A stretch of DNA of 64,000 nucleotides, from contig JAEEJN010000089.1 of assembly GCA_016281935.1 (NCBI GenBank), positions 35,315-99,314 of the forward strand, in the 5' to 3' direction. This DNA is from Bacillota bacterium. Lineage in GTDB: Bacteria; Bacillota; Clostridia; Christensenellales; UMGS416. The translations under genes and the position numbers were made by a program. Below, piece by piece: positions 9,875 to 18,737 of the stretch. A model generated the notes under the pieces. It was not told where the DNA came from. It did not search any database and was given only the letters and a program-made list of their open reading frames with translations. Numbering within the stretch: the first letter of the stretch is position 1; each line of letters begins with the position of its first letter.

Positions 9875-11047
9875 TTATTTCACACAGCCATATGCCACCG
9901 TGCGCACCCGCAGATGGTAGTAGGCCTCATAGTTGGGCAGCATATTGTGCATGTACACGAGCGAGATGCCGTCCTCGGGATCGGCTTCTCCCCAGGTGCC
10001 GAAGGCTCCCGTCCAGCCGAAAGCGCCCAGTGAACCGTTGTGGTTGCCCAGCTGTTTGTCGACAAGAGTACGCACGCCGTAGCCGTATCCGTAGCCTGCG
10101 TTATACAGGTTTGTAAAGTCTTTCATCTGGATCTCGTCCAGACCGTTGGATCGCATCATATCGATCGTTTTGCGGCCCATGATCCTTACGCCGTCATATA
10201 TGCCGCCGCATGCAAGCATGGAGAACAGTTTTGAGTAGTCACTGACATTGGAGAACAGACGGCGCCAGCCTGCTTCGTGTTCTTCACCCGGCAGGAACTT
10301 GCTGTCGAAATCTGTAGCAGCGGGCGTCAGTTTGCCGTCTTCGGAACAGGCATAGAGTTTGACCAGGTTTGCCTGTGCATTTCCGAAGAAGGAGGATCCG
10401 GTGTGATCCATGCCCAGAGGATCGAACAGGAGCTTGCGGAAAGCATCATCGACAGGCATGTCGGTCAGTTTTTCAATCAGAGCAGCCGTGATTTCACTGG
10501 AAAAACCGTACAACCAGTGTGTACCGGGTTCGAAATCAAGGACGGCTTTGGACATTGCGGCGATGTGTTCCTGTACCGAATAGTGACCCTTTTCCCAAAG
10601 CGGCTTCATGCATTCCTGCATGGAACGCTGAGCGGGATCATTGGTAGGTGCGGGACTGTTGCAGTAGGGAAGGCCGCATTTCATGGACAGGACGTCGCTT
10701 ACGTTAATCGGCCGTTCGGTGGGAACGATACGCAGCGATCCGTTGCCCGTACGGATGAATTTGCGCGACTCCTTCCATTCGGGCAGCCATCTGGAGATCG
10801 GGTCAGTCAGATTGAACAGACCTTTCTCATACAGCATCATCATGACAGTGTAGAGAGGGATCTTGGAAAGGGAGGCCTGACGGAACAGTGAATCCCTGGT
10901 TACAGGGATGCCGCGTTCCCGGTCTGCATATCCGAAGTATCCTTCATACAGGGTCTTTCCATGCTGCGTCATCTGGAAAGCGCAGCCCGGCAGCCGTTCG
11001 TCCACGAAGGACTGCAGCAACCGATCCAGATCTTGGTATTTTGCCAT
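9875..11047 (-). CDS. Serine hydrolase, beta-lactamase/family VIII esterase-like (paralog 1)
   Basis: SxxK (ASLSK), FEPGTHWLYG, FGWTGA. Start ATG 11047 after AAAGGAGG. Confidence 0.85.
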   Translation of the reverse strand: MAKYQDLDRLLQSFVDERLPGCAFQMTQHGKTLYEGYFGYADRERGIPVTRDSLFRQASLSKIPLYTVMMMLYEKGLFNLTDPISRWLPEWKESRKFIRTGNGSLRIVPTERPINVSDVLSMKCGLPYCNSPAPTNDPAQRSMQECMKPLWEKGHYSVQEHIAAMSKAVLDFEPGTHWLYGFSSEITAALIEKLTDMPVDDAFRKLLFDPLGMDHTGSSFFGNAQANLVKLYACSEDGKLTPAATDFDSKFLPGEEHEAGWRRLFSNVSDYSKLFSMLACGGIYDGVRIMGRKTIDMMRSNGLDEIQMKDFTNLYNAGYGYGYGVRTLVDKQLGNHNGSLGAFGWTGAFGTWGEADPEDGISLVYMHNMLPNYEAYYHLRVRTVAYGCVK

Positions 11048-11147
11048 GGTACCTCCTTTGTAGCAGAAAATGTCTGAGATTATCTGCATTATAATACTTT
11101 TATATTCTGTAAAAAAGCCCTGTATCGGGAGAAAAAGGCCAAACATA

Positions 11148-11175
11148 AGATGCCCCGGAGAAATCCGGGGCATCT
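11148..11175 (-). terminator. Terminator of the metNIQ operon
   Basis: 12-bp perfect stem AGATGCCCCGGA/TCCGGGGCATCT followed on the minus strand by TATGTTT. Confidence 0.6.
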
Positions 11176-11197
11176 GGTTTCGCAGCGGGACGTGCGA

Positions 11198-12019
11198 TCA
11201 GCCGAATACGATGACTACGGCACCGTTATAGGATTCTTCGACGAACTTTTTGACTTTGTCGGTCTTCAGAGCCTTGACGAGAGCCTGGATCTTGGGAAGC
11301 TTTTCATCACCGTTGCGGACGGCGATCACGTTGGCATATGTCTGGCCCGCATCACCGGTGGCGGATTCGATCGCCAGAGCATCTGCGATCTTCAGGCCAG
11401 CCTGAAGTGCGTAGTTGCCGTTGATGATGGCAATGGTTCCGGCAGGAGCATTCTTGAGCTGAGCGGGAACGGTGTCGGCCTGGACAGCCTGAATATCATA
11501 GCCCTTGGCATCGACGATATCCAGCGTGGATACGCCTTTCTGAGCGGAAGCATCGGCGGGCAGGGTGATCAGGCCTTCCTGCTGGAGAAGCAGAAGCGCA
11601 CGGGTCTCGTTGGAATCGTCCGCGGGGATGATGATGGTAGCTCCTGCGGCCAGATCGGCCAGCGAGGTGATGCCGTTGCCGTAGATTCCGAACGGTTCGT
11701 AATGGATGGCGCCTGCGGAGACCAGATCGGTGCCGTTGGAGGCGTTATAGGAGGTGAGATAAGCGACATGCTGGAAATAGTTCGCATCCAGAGACTTATC
11801 GGTCAGACCTTTGTTAGGGAGGATATAGTCGTCAAATACCTTGATTTCCAGCTCATAGCCTTCCTTGGCCAGATCGTCCTTGATGAGTTCAAGGATTTCG
11901 GCATGGGGGGTGGACGTAGCACCGATGACGATCTTTTTGTCATCCGTCTTGGCGGCGCATCCGGACAGGACACCCAGCACTACGATCACGGCAAGTACCA
12001 GCGCGGTGATTTTTTTCAT
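11198..12019 (-). CDS. metQ: Methionine ABC transporter substrate-binding lipoprotein (MetQ/NlpA)
   Basis: Lipobox LSGC, PHAEIL, F.DYI.PN, DANYFQH..YL, IPADDSNE.RAL, INGNYA. Confidence 0.92.
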   Translation of the reverse strand: MKKITALVLAVIVVLGVLSGCAAKTDDKKIVIGATSTPHAEILELIKDDLAKEGYELEIKVFDDYILPNKGLTDKSLDANYFQHVAYLTSYNASNGTDLVSAGAIHYEPFGIYGNGITSLADLAAGATIIIPADDSNETRALLLLQQEGLITLPADASAQKGVSTLDIVDAKGYDIQAVQADTVPAQLKNAPAGTIAIINGNYALQAGLKIADALAIESATGDAGQTYANVIAVRNGDEKLPKIQALVKALKTDKVKKFVEESYNGAVVIVFG

Positions 12020-12107
12020 GGTTGTTCTCCTTTGCTGAAGTAACAGTTTATGGGAACCGGTTTCCCGGTAGCCTTCCGAAAAAGATGGATCGGCAGATCC
12101 GACCTGC

Positions 12108-12782
12108 CTATTTTGCCCGTTTGTCGGTCTTGCGCGCCAGGAAAGTACCGGCTTCCTGGATCACCTGGACGATGATGACCGTCAGGAACACGCATACCCA
12201 GGTTATGTCCGGATTGGAACGCTGGTGCCCGTAGATGATCGCGATCTGTCCCAGACCTGTTCCCGCGATGACGGAGGACATGGCCGAATAGGACAGAATC
12301 GTGACGAGAGAGATCACGGCACCGATGATCAGGCTGGGTTTGGCCTCGGGGATCAGGACTTTCGTAACGATCTCAAAATCATTTGCCCCCATGGAATGGG
12401 CTGCTTCGATCACTCCGGCATCGACTTCACGGATCGACGATTCGACCATGCGCGCGACGTAGGGGATCGCGGCGATGACCAGCATGACGACCATAGCTCT
12501 GTTGCCCAGAGAGGTGCCTACGATGAGATTGGCCACAGGAAGTAGGGCGACGAGGAGGATGATGAAGGGAATGCTCCGGAAAAAGTTTACGACGAAACCC
12601 AGGGTATTGTTCAGCCATCGGATGGGGTGTATGCCGCCGGGGCTTGTGATATGCAGGATCACGCCGAGGGGGAGCCCGAACAGATACGCGATGATAGTGG
12701 AGAGAAACGTCATATAGATCGTTTCCCAGATGCCGAGCTGGATAAGACCGGCATCCCAAAGTTTATGGAACATCTCGGACAT
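12108..12782 (-). CDS. metI: Methionine ABC transporter permease
   Basis: ETIYM, RSIPFIILL and EAA loop (GVIEAAHSMGA). Confidence 0.92.
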   Translation of the reverse strand: MSEMFHKLWDAGLIQLGIWETIYMTFLSTIIAYLFGLPLGVILHITSPGGIHPIRWLNNTLGFVVNFFRSIPFIILLVALLPVANLIVGTSLGNRAMVVMLVIAAIPYVARMVESSIREVDAGVIEAAHSMGANDFEIVTKVLIPEAKPSLIIGAVISLVTILSYSAMSSVIAGTGLGQIAIIYGHQRSNPDITWVCVFLTVIIVQVIQEAGTFLARKTDKRAK

Positions 12783-12784
12783 CT

Positions 12785-13768
12785 TTACACCTCCTCTTCA
12801 TAGGAGATCCCGTGGCCTTCCAACCAAGAGACCACCTTCGTGTCGAATTCGGGAGACACTTCAAGGATCATCTGTCCCTGCAGAAGCCCTTCTGTTTCTT
12901 TAGTGTCGGCGAACAGGACGTTGACGGGACAGCCCGTATCCAGGATCAGCTGGCTCAGGACCGGCAGCCGCGTTTCTTCGCCTGAGAAAAGGATCCGCAG
13001 TTTGCGGCCATGCGCTTCCTCAATCGTGACACGGTCAGAGGGAAGGATCAGTTCTCTTGCAATGGCGCTCTTGGGGTGGGCAAAGACTTCACTGACGTTT
13101 CCGACCTCGGCGATACGGCTTTGATCGATGACCGCCACACGGTCACAGATTGCATCGATGACACGCATCTCATGGGTGATGACGATGATCGTGACGCCCA
13201 GTGTCCGGTTGATCTCTTTCAGGAGTTCCAGAATAGATCTCGTCGTGTTCGGATCAAGAGCCGACGTCGCTTCATCACAGAGAAGGTATTTCGGGTTGGT
13301 CGCGAGAGCACGGGCGATAGCGACGCGCTGCTTCTGTCCGCCGGAAAGCTGGGACGGATAGGAGTTCTGTCTGTCTTCCAGTCCGACGAGCGCCAACAGT
13401 TCACGGGCGCGCTTTTTCGCGTCTCCGCTTTTGACGCCGGCGATCTCCAGAGGGAAGCAGACGTTTCCAAGCACATTTCTCTGCTCGAGAAGATTGAATC
13501 CCTGGAAAATCATGCCGATGTTCTGACGGATGCGAAGGAGCTCCTTTTTGGGGAGAGACATGAGATCTTTCCCGTCCAGAAGGACCTGGCCGGATGTCGG
13601 CTTCTCGAGAAGATTGATGCACCGTACAAGCGTGGATTTGCCGGCGCCGGACAGCCCGATGATTCCGAAGATTTCACCGTCTTCGATCGTCAGATTGATG
13701 TCCTGGAGTGCGACGATATCTTCCCCGGTATCCCGGTAGATCTTTTCCAGTCCGCGCAGTTCGATCAT
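12785..13768 (-). CDS. metN: Methionine ABC transporter ATP-binding protein
   Basis: [35 protein letters not shown] and a C-terminal NIL-like domain. Start ATG 13768 after GAAAGG. Confidence 0.93.
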   Translation of the reverse strand: MIELRGLEKIYRDTGEDIVALQDINLTIEDGEIFGIIGLSGAGKSTLVRCINLLEKPTSGQVLLDGKDLMSLPKKELLRIRQNIGMIFQGFNLLEQRNVLGNVCFPLEIAGVKSGDAKKRARELLALVGLEDRQNSYPSQLSGGQKQRVAIARALATNPKYLLCDEATSALDPNTTRSILELLKEINRTLGVTIIVITHEMRVIDAICDRVAVIDQSRIAEVGNVSEVFAHPKSAIARELILPSDRVTIEEAHGRKLRILFSGEETRLPVLSQLILDTGCPVNVLFADTKETEGLLQGQMILEVSPEFDTKVVSWLEGHGISYEEEV

Positions 13769-13786
13769 GGTATTCCTTTCTTCAAC

Positions 13787-13813
13787 AAAAAACGGGAAGC
13801 GTGCCGCTTCCCG
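13787..13813 (-). terminator. Attenuator terminator upstream of metN
   Basis: Minus strand CGGGAAGC-ggcac-GCTTCCCG-TTTTTT, ending 18 nt before the metN start codon. Confidence 0.85.
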
Positions 13814-13851
13814 AGATTGTGTCGGTATTGTCCTTGATTCGGTGGATGGGA

Positions 13852-13953
13852 TCAGCGGCAGGTCTGTTCGAGTTTGGGCATCATCATGCACATGTCCATG
13901 CTGCGCATGCACATCTTGACGGTACCCATGGAATTGCCTCGAATCGCTGCCAT
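13852..13953 (-). CDS. Met/Cys-rich leader peptide (33 aa, MAAIRGNSMGTVKMCMRSMDMCMMMPKLEQTCR), putative attenuator peptide of metNIQ
   Basis: Strong RBS GAAAGGAG 7 nt before the ATG. 9 Met and 3 Cys in 33 codons. Lies between a consensus promoter and a terminator upstream of a Met transporter. Confidence 0.8.
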   Translation of the reverse strand: MAAIRGNSMGTVKMCMRSMDMCMMMPKLEQTCR

Positions 13954-13981
13954 GATACGTCTCCTTTCAAGGATTAAATGG

Positions 13982-14010
13982 ATTATAACCCAGATGCAGG
14001 ACGGTGTCAA
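13982..14010 (-). promoter_or_regulatory. Consensus sigma-A promoter of the leader-metNIQ transcript
   Basis: TTGACA-17 nt-TATAAT, a perfect match on the minus strand. Confidence 0.85.
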
Positions 14011-14186
14011 GCATGGCCCGCAGGTCTTCAGAAGAACGACAGGAACGGAAAAACACGCGAAGACGTGAATCAAGGATTCCGACGCATGAATTCTTATTAT
14101 TTTTGTCAGGATTTGTCGTTGAACCTCTTGAAAAAAGAGGGAAAAGGGTGTATCCTTCTTGTACAGACCTGTAGGAGGTGAAACAC

Positions 14187-14387
14187 ATGACTTTTACTAA
14201 AGATACGACGATCGGTGAAGCGCTCCGTGCGGACCGCCGTACCGCGATCGTGTTCAACATGATGGGAATGCACTGCATCGGCTGCCCGATGTCCTCCGGC
14301 GAGACCGTTGAGGAAGCCTGCGCCGTGCACGGTGTGGATGTGGAGACCATCGTGAAGCAGCTCAACTCGCTGACTGCCGACAACTGA
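14187..14387 (+). CDS. DUF1858-domain small protein (hybrid-cluster-associated disulfide domain-like)
   Basis: GMHCIGCP..SGET.EEAC.VHG motif; RBS AGGAGG. Confidence 0.8.
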   Translation: MTFTKDTTIGEALRADRRTAIVFNMMGMHCIGCPMSSGETVEEACAVHGVDVETIVKQLNSLTADN

Positions 14388-14445
14388 TTCCACGCAGCCC
14401 GCACATAGTTTTGTGCGGGTATTATTATATCTTGTGAGGTTCAGA

Positions 14446-15384
14446 ATGAGAATCGGGATTGATCTTGGCGGCACGACTGTGACGGCTGCCCTTGTTTCGG
14501 AAGAAGGGAAGATCCTTGCGCGCAGGGAAACGCTGACCCGTGCGCAGAACGGTGCAGATTCGATCGTGGATACGATGGCGTCGCTGGCTTTAGAGGTCGC
14601 GAAAGACAGCCCTGAGCCGATCACGGGTCTGGGCGTCGGGACTCCGGGTGCGGTGGATGTTACTGGACGCATCGTCGTGACGTCCCCGAATCTTCCGTTC
14701 AGGATGTACCCGCTTGCCGGCCGGCTCGAAGAAGCCTGCGGAATGCCCGTTACATTGGGGAACGACGCGAACTGCGCTCTCCTGGGTGAAGTGTTTGCGG
14801 GAGCTGCCAAGGGATGCAGAGATGTGATCCTCGTGACGCTTGGAACAGGGATCGGCGGCGGAATCATGGTAGACGGAAAGCTCCTGGTCGGATTTAACGG
14901 TGCGGCCGGTGAGATCGGGCACATGACCATGGTGTACGGAGGGATCCCCTGCAACTGCGGAAGAAAGGGCTGTTACGAAGTCTACGCATCCACGACCGCG
15001 CTTGTCCGAATGGCTGAAGAAGCAGCCGCGGAACATCCGGAAAGTCTGCTGCGCAGATCTGCGGACTCTGCAGACTCCGGGATGAACGGAAGAATCCTGT
15101 TCTCTGCGGCACATGCGGGAGATGCGGCAGCACTGGATGTCCTTGCGCGGTATGAGGATGCGGTGGCTGAAGGAGCTTCGTCTCTCGTCAATATTTTCGA
15201 ACCAGAGCTTCTGCTGTTCGGCGGCGGTATATCCGCACAGGGAGAGTATCTGATCGCTCCGATCCGGGACAAGATCTACCAAAGGATTTATGCGGCGGAC
15301 GGATTGCCCAGGACAAGGATAGAGGCGGCAACGCTCGGAGGAGACGCAGGCATCGTGGGAGCCGCTGCGCTGGTGAAACCATGA
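14446..15384 (+). CDS. ROK-family sugar kinase (glucokinase-like)
   Basis: GIDLGGT, NDANCA.LGE, TLGTGIGGG, GEIGH and CNCG..GC.E zinc motif; no HTH domain. Confidence 0.88.
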   Translation: MRIGIDLGGTTVTAALVSEEGKILARRETLTRAQNGADSIVDTMASLALEVAKDSPEPITGLGVGTPGAVDVTGRIVVTSPNLPFRMYPLAGRLEEACGMPVTLGNDANCALLGEVFAGAAKGCRDVILVTLGTGIGGGIMVDGKLLVGFNGAAGEIGHMTMVYGGIPCNCGRKGCYEVYASTTALVRMAEEAAAEHPESLLRRSADSADSGMNGRILFSAAHAGDAAALDVLARYEDAVAEGASSLVNIFEPELLLFGGGISAQGEYLIAPIRDKIYQRIYAADGLPRTRIEAATLGGDAGIVGAAALVKP

Positions 15385-16292
15385 ACAGACCGATCCGTAT
15401 GATACCCACAGTCAGACACTATCTCTGGGGGGGAGAAAAGCTCCGCTCCTGGGGGAAAGATGGCGAGACGCCGCTGGCAGAATCATGGGAACTTTCGGCC
15501 AGAGCGGATGGGATGAGTTTCTCGGACGACGGGCGCAGCCTTGCAGAGATTTTTTCACATGATTTTCCCGGAAGGGATTTTCCTGTTCTTGTCAAGCTGA
15601 TCGATGCCGCGAAAGATCTCTCAGTACAGGTGCATCCGGATGACCGTGCAGCGCGGGCAGAGGGCTTTCCGTACGGGAAAAGCGAATGCTGGTTTGTTCT
15701 TTCGGCGGAACCCGGATCGAGACTCGCGATCGGACTGGAAAAGGATATGGATCGGGCAGAACTGCGTGAAGCGGCTCTGGACGGAAGTCTGCCCCGGTAT
15801 CTTCACTGGATCACTCCCAAGGAAGGGGAGTGCTATGCGATCGAAGCCGGACAGATCCATGCCCTTGGCGCGGGGATCATGGTGGCCGAGGTCCAGCAGA
15901 ACAGTGATACGACATACCGTCTGTACGATTACGGCCGGTTGGACAGGGATGGAAATCCCAGACCTCTTCATCTTGACAAAGCCCTTCAGGTCGCGGATCT
16001 GACTGCCTGGACGCATCTGCCCACAGTCCTGAGAAAGAACGGAACATGGACACTTCTTTGCGATATGCCGTCCTTTTCTCTGTTCGGCGGAAGCGATCCC
16101 ATGGAATTCCCCGACAGAAGTGAATTCTCCGCTGTTATCGCGCTGGAGGATATGCGTTTCGAGTGCCGGAACGAATCGTTCTCCCTGCCCAGAGGGCAGA
16201 CTGCGTATCTCCCGCCGCATACGCCTCTGAGCATGAAGGAAAGAGGACTCTGTCTTCTTATACTGCCAAAGAAGGAAGGTACTGATGCGTAG
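15381..16292 (+). CDS. manA: Mannose-6-phosphate isomerase, class I
   Basis: WGG, ESWELS, FP.LVKLIDA..DLSVQVHP, K.ECW, EVQQNSDTTYRLYDY. Confidence 0.88.
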   Translation: MNRPIRMIPTVRHYLWGGEKLRSWGKDGETPLAESWELSARADGMSFSDDGRSLAEIFSHDFPGRDFPVLVKLIDAAKDLSVQVHPDDRAARAEGFPYGKSECWFVLSAEPGSRLAIGLEKDMDRAELREAALDGSLPRYLHWITPKEGECYAIEAGQIHALGAGIMVAEVQQNSDTTYRLYDYGRLDRDGNPRPLHLDKALQVADLTAWTHLPTVLRKNGTWTLLCDMPSFSLFGGSDPMEFPDRSEFSAVIALEDMRFECRNESFSLPRGQTAYLPPHTPLSMKERGLCLLILPKKEGTDA

Positions 16293-17130
16293 ATCAACTG
16301 CAGTACTGCTGACCGCTCTCCTGCTTCTTTCAGCATGCTCGTCTTCGCCGCCTTCGCCGTTGCCTTCGCAGTCACCTGCGGAAGATGCTCTGACCGTTTG
16401 TGCGGTCAAGTGCGGCAAGGCGGATGCCTTCGTCCTTTACTGCGGAGGTCATGCGATGCTCCTGGATGCGGGTGAAACGGATGACGCTGACAAGATCCTT
16501 TCTGTTCTGGATGATCTGAAAGTCGATTCCATAGATGTGCTCCTGATCTCTCACTTTGACAAGGATCATATCGGAGGAGCCGCGCAGCTGATCTCTTCCG
16601 TCGGGATCGGAAAAGTCATCGAACCCGTTTATAAAGAAAAAAGCGATGAAATGAAAGCATACCGTCTGGCGCTGGGTCAGTCGGATGCTGAGATCGTCCG
16701 TGCAGAGAAAGAACTGTCGTTCGGACTCGGTTCGGCCCGGGTCACCATATATCCGACTTCCCTGGATGATCCCGGAGACAATGACGTCTCTCTGATCGTA
16801 TCAGTCACGCATGGTGAACTGGACTTTTTGTTTCCCGGCGATGCGGAAGAAGCACGTCTTCGTGAGTGGATGTCCGGACATGATGAAAGCTATGATTTTC
16901 TCAAGGCGCCTCATCACGGACGGTGGAACGATGCTTCCGGTGACTTTTACACACAGACACGGCCCCGCGTATGTGTGATCACAGCCAGCGAGAAGAATCC
17001 TGCGGACGAGCGTGTCCTGGAACTGCTGAAGAGCCTGGGTACGGAAATCTATCTGACGCAGGAAGGGAACGCTGTATTCGAATCCGACGGAAAGACGCTG
17101 CGCGCATCACAGGTCAATCCGAAAAAGTGA
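16285..17130 (+). CDS. MBL-fold metallo-hydrolase lipoprotein (ComEC/Rec2 C-terminal-like)
   Basis: Lipobox LSAC, SHFDKDHIGG, GDAE and KAPHHG motifs. Confidence 0.8.
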   Translation: MRRSTAVLLTALLLLSACSSSPPSPLPSQSPAEDALTVCAVKCGKADAFVLYCGGHAMLLDAGETDDADKILSVLDDLKVDSIDVLLISHFDKDHIGGAAQLISSVGIGKVIEPVYKEKSDEMKAYRLALGQSDAEIVRAEKELSFGLGSARVTIYPTSLDDPGDNDVSLIVSVTHGELDFLFPGDAEEARLREWMSGHDESYDFLKAPHHGRWNDASGDFYTQTRPRVCVITASEKNPADERVLELLKSLGTEIYLTQEGNAVFESDGKTLRASQVNPKK

Positions 17131-17171
17131 AACGCCTGTAAGATCTGACTCTGGAATCAGTGAAAACAAAT

Positions 17172-17201
17172 GGCCTGACGGTCTCCCGTGACCGTCAGGC
17201 C
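17172..17201. terminator. Bidirectional terminator hairpin between convergent genes
   Basis: GGCCTGACGGTC-6 nt-GACCGTCAGGCC. Confidence 0.65.
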
Positions 17202-17221
17202 TTATCTGTATCCGGATGTGC

Positions 17222-18718
17222 TCAGTGGGCTTTGTCCGCTTTGCTTGCATTTGCCGTGGCGGCTGCACGGTCCTGTGCCATCTCTTCCACAGTCTTCGTG
17301 TGCAGCCTTGCTGCACCTTGTGTCACGATGGGCGGGATCAGAGTTCCTTCTTTTTCCGCTTTTGCCCAGCGTTCCTTGGCGCGTTCGATCTCCTCTGCAT
17401 ACTGAGGCAGCCATTCCGCTTCCGCGATCAGCATCTCATCCACCATCTGCCAGATCTCTTCCGTATTGCATACGGCTCCGACCAGCGGATCCATCATCAT
17501 GGCCTGCCTCAGGAGCATGATGTCACCCTTTACGGCAGCTTCCACAGCCAGGCGCTGCACGGTGATGTTGCTCATGCAGGCGGCGGCGCAGCCCATGGGC
17601 AGATCTCCGATGCGGGGGATGTTGATGCCGTGTGTATCCACATATCCGGGCACTTCCACGATCGCATCTTCCGGAAGATTCGTGATCGTACCGTGATTTA
17701 CGACGTTGAAGTGACCGCGGTAGAGACGTCCGGTCTCCAGCGCTTCGATGATATAGCTCCCGTGTTCTTCGGAGCGTTCTTCGGGGACATAGCGCATGGG
17801 CGGTTCCTTGAGCCAGTTCGGGAAGTCCGTTTCGAACCAGTTGCGTCCTTCGGTGCAGACCCGCAGATAGCCGCCTGTTTCACCGTTGATCCATGTGCTG
17901 AGGTCGATCCAGCGCATGATCTCGCCCGTGCGCTTGCGATACCACGGAACGTATTCGCTCAGGTGTCCGTTGGATTCCGTCGAGAAGTATCCAAAGCGTT
18001 TCATCATGTCGATGCGGACCTTTTCCGTCTCGGCAATATGCGGGTCCGCTTCCAGAGCGGCAAGGAGGCGGTCGTTCAGTTCCTCACCGTTGTGCTTTAC
18101 GGAGATATACCATGTCATGTGGTTGATCCCTGCACAGATGATGTCGATTTCTTCCTTTTTGTAACCGAGAGCTTCTGCAATCAGCTTGTGCCCGCCCTGG
18201 ACACCGTGACAGAGCCCTACCGTGGGCACGCCTCCGTATTTGTTGCAGTACCAGGTGATCATGGCGCAGGGATTCGAATAGTTCAGGAGCATGCATCCGG
18301 GAGCAGCAACTTCCCGTATATCTCGGCAGAAGCCTTCAAGGGCTGCGATATCCCGCTGGCCGTACATGATGCCACCGGCGCAGAGCGTGTCACCCACACA
18401 CTGGTCGACACCGTATTTCAGCGGGATCTCCACGTCATAGGTAAAGGCTTCAAGCATCCCGATCCTTACGCAGTTGATGACATAATTGGCGTCTTTGAAG
18501 GCGCCGCGGCGGTCGAGCGTAGCATCGATTTTGATATTAAGCCCGTTGGATTCGATATCACGCTGACAGAGCTGATAGACCATATCCAGATTCCGCGGAT
18601 TGATGTCCGTGAAGGATACGGAGATATCATGGAATTCCGGAACCGTGAGGATATCGGACAGAAGCTTCCGGGTGAAGCCGATGGAACCGGCTCCGATGAA
18701 TGCAACTTTAATCGGCAT
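17222..18718 (-). CDS. melA: GH4 alpha-galactosidase (NAD+/Mn-dependent)
   Basis: IGAGS..F, P.KYG.DQCVGDT...GG, LNYSNP, GLCHGV, GINH, TESNGHLSEY.PWY. Confidence 0.88.
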   Translation of the reverse strand: MPIKVAFIGAGSIGFTRKLLSDILTVPEFHDISVSFTDINPRNLDMVYQLCQRDIESNGLNIKIDATLDRRGAFKDANYVINCVRIGMLEAFTYDVEIPLKYGVDQCVGDTLCAGGIMYGQRDIAALEGFCRDIREVAAPGCMLLNYSNPCAMITWYCNKYGGVPTVGLCHGVQGGHKLIAEALGYKKEEIDIICAGINHMTWYISVKHNGEELNDRLLAALEADPHIAETEKVRIDMMKRFGYFSTESNGHLSEYVPWYRKRTGEIMRWIDLSTWINGETGGYLRVCTEGRNWFETDFPNWLKEPPMRYVPEERSEEHGSYIIEALETGRLYRGHFNVVNHGTITNLPEDAIVEVPGYVDTHGINIPRIGDLPMGCAAACMSNITVQRLAVEAAVKGDIMLLRQAMMMDPLVGAVCNTEEIWQMVDEMLIAEAEWLPQYAEEIERAKERWAKAEKEGTLIPPIVTQGAARLHTKTVEEMAQDRAAATANASKADKAH

Positions 18719-18737
18719 GGATCAATCTCCTTGATGT

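Noticed and set aside
8655-11047. Calling the serine hydrolases beta-lactam resistance genes
   Set aside because: No signal peptides, and the motifs fit cytoplasmic family VIII esterase-like proteins; resistance cannot be inferred from sequence.
13770-13980. SAM riboswitch or Met T-box upstream of metN
   Set aside because: No ATCNAGAG/GCAACC/GTGC SAM-I core arrangement and no GGTGGNACC T-box seen; the space is filled by the leader ORF and terminator. Rfam not run.
13874-14068. Plus-strand Met/His-rich ORF and the His-rich N-terminal extension of metN in the ORF track
   Set aside because: By-products of the repeated CATG/ATG sequence of the leader read in other frames; no RBS, and the extension would cross the terminator.
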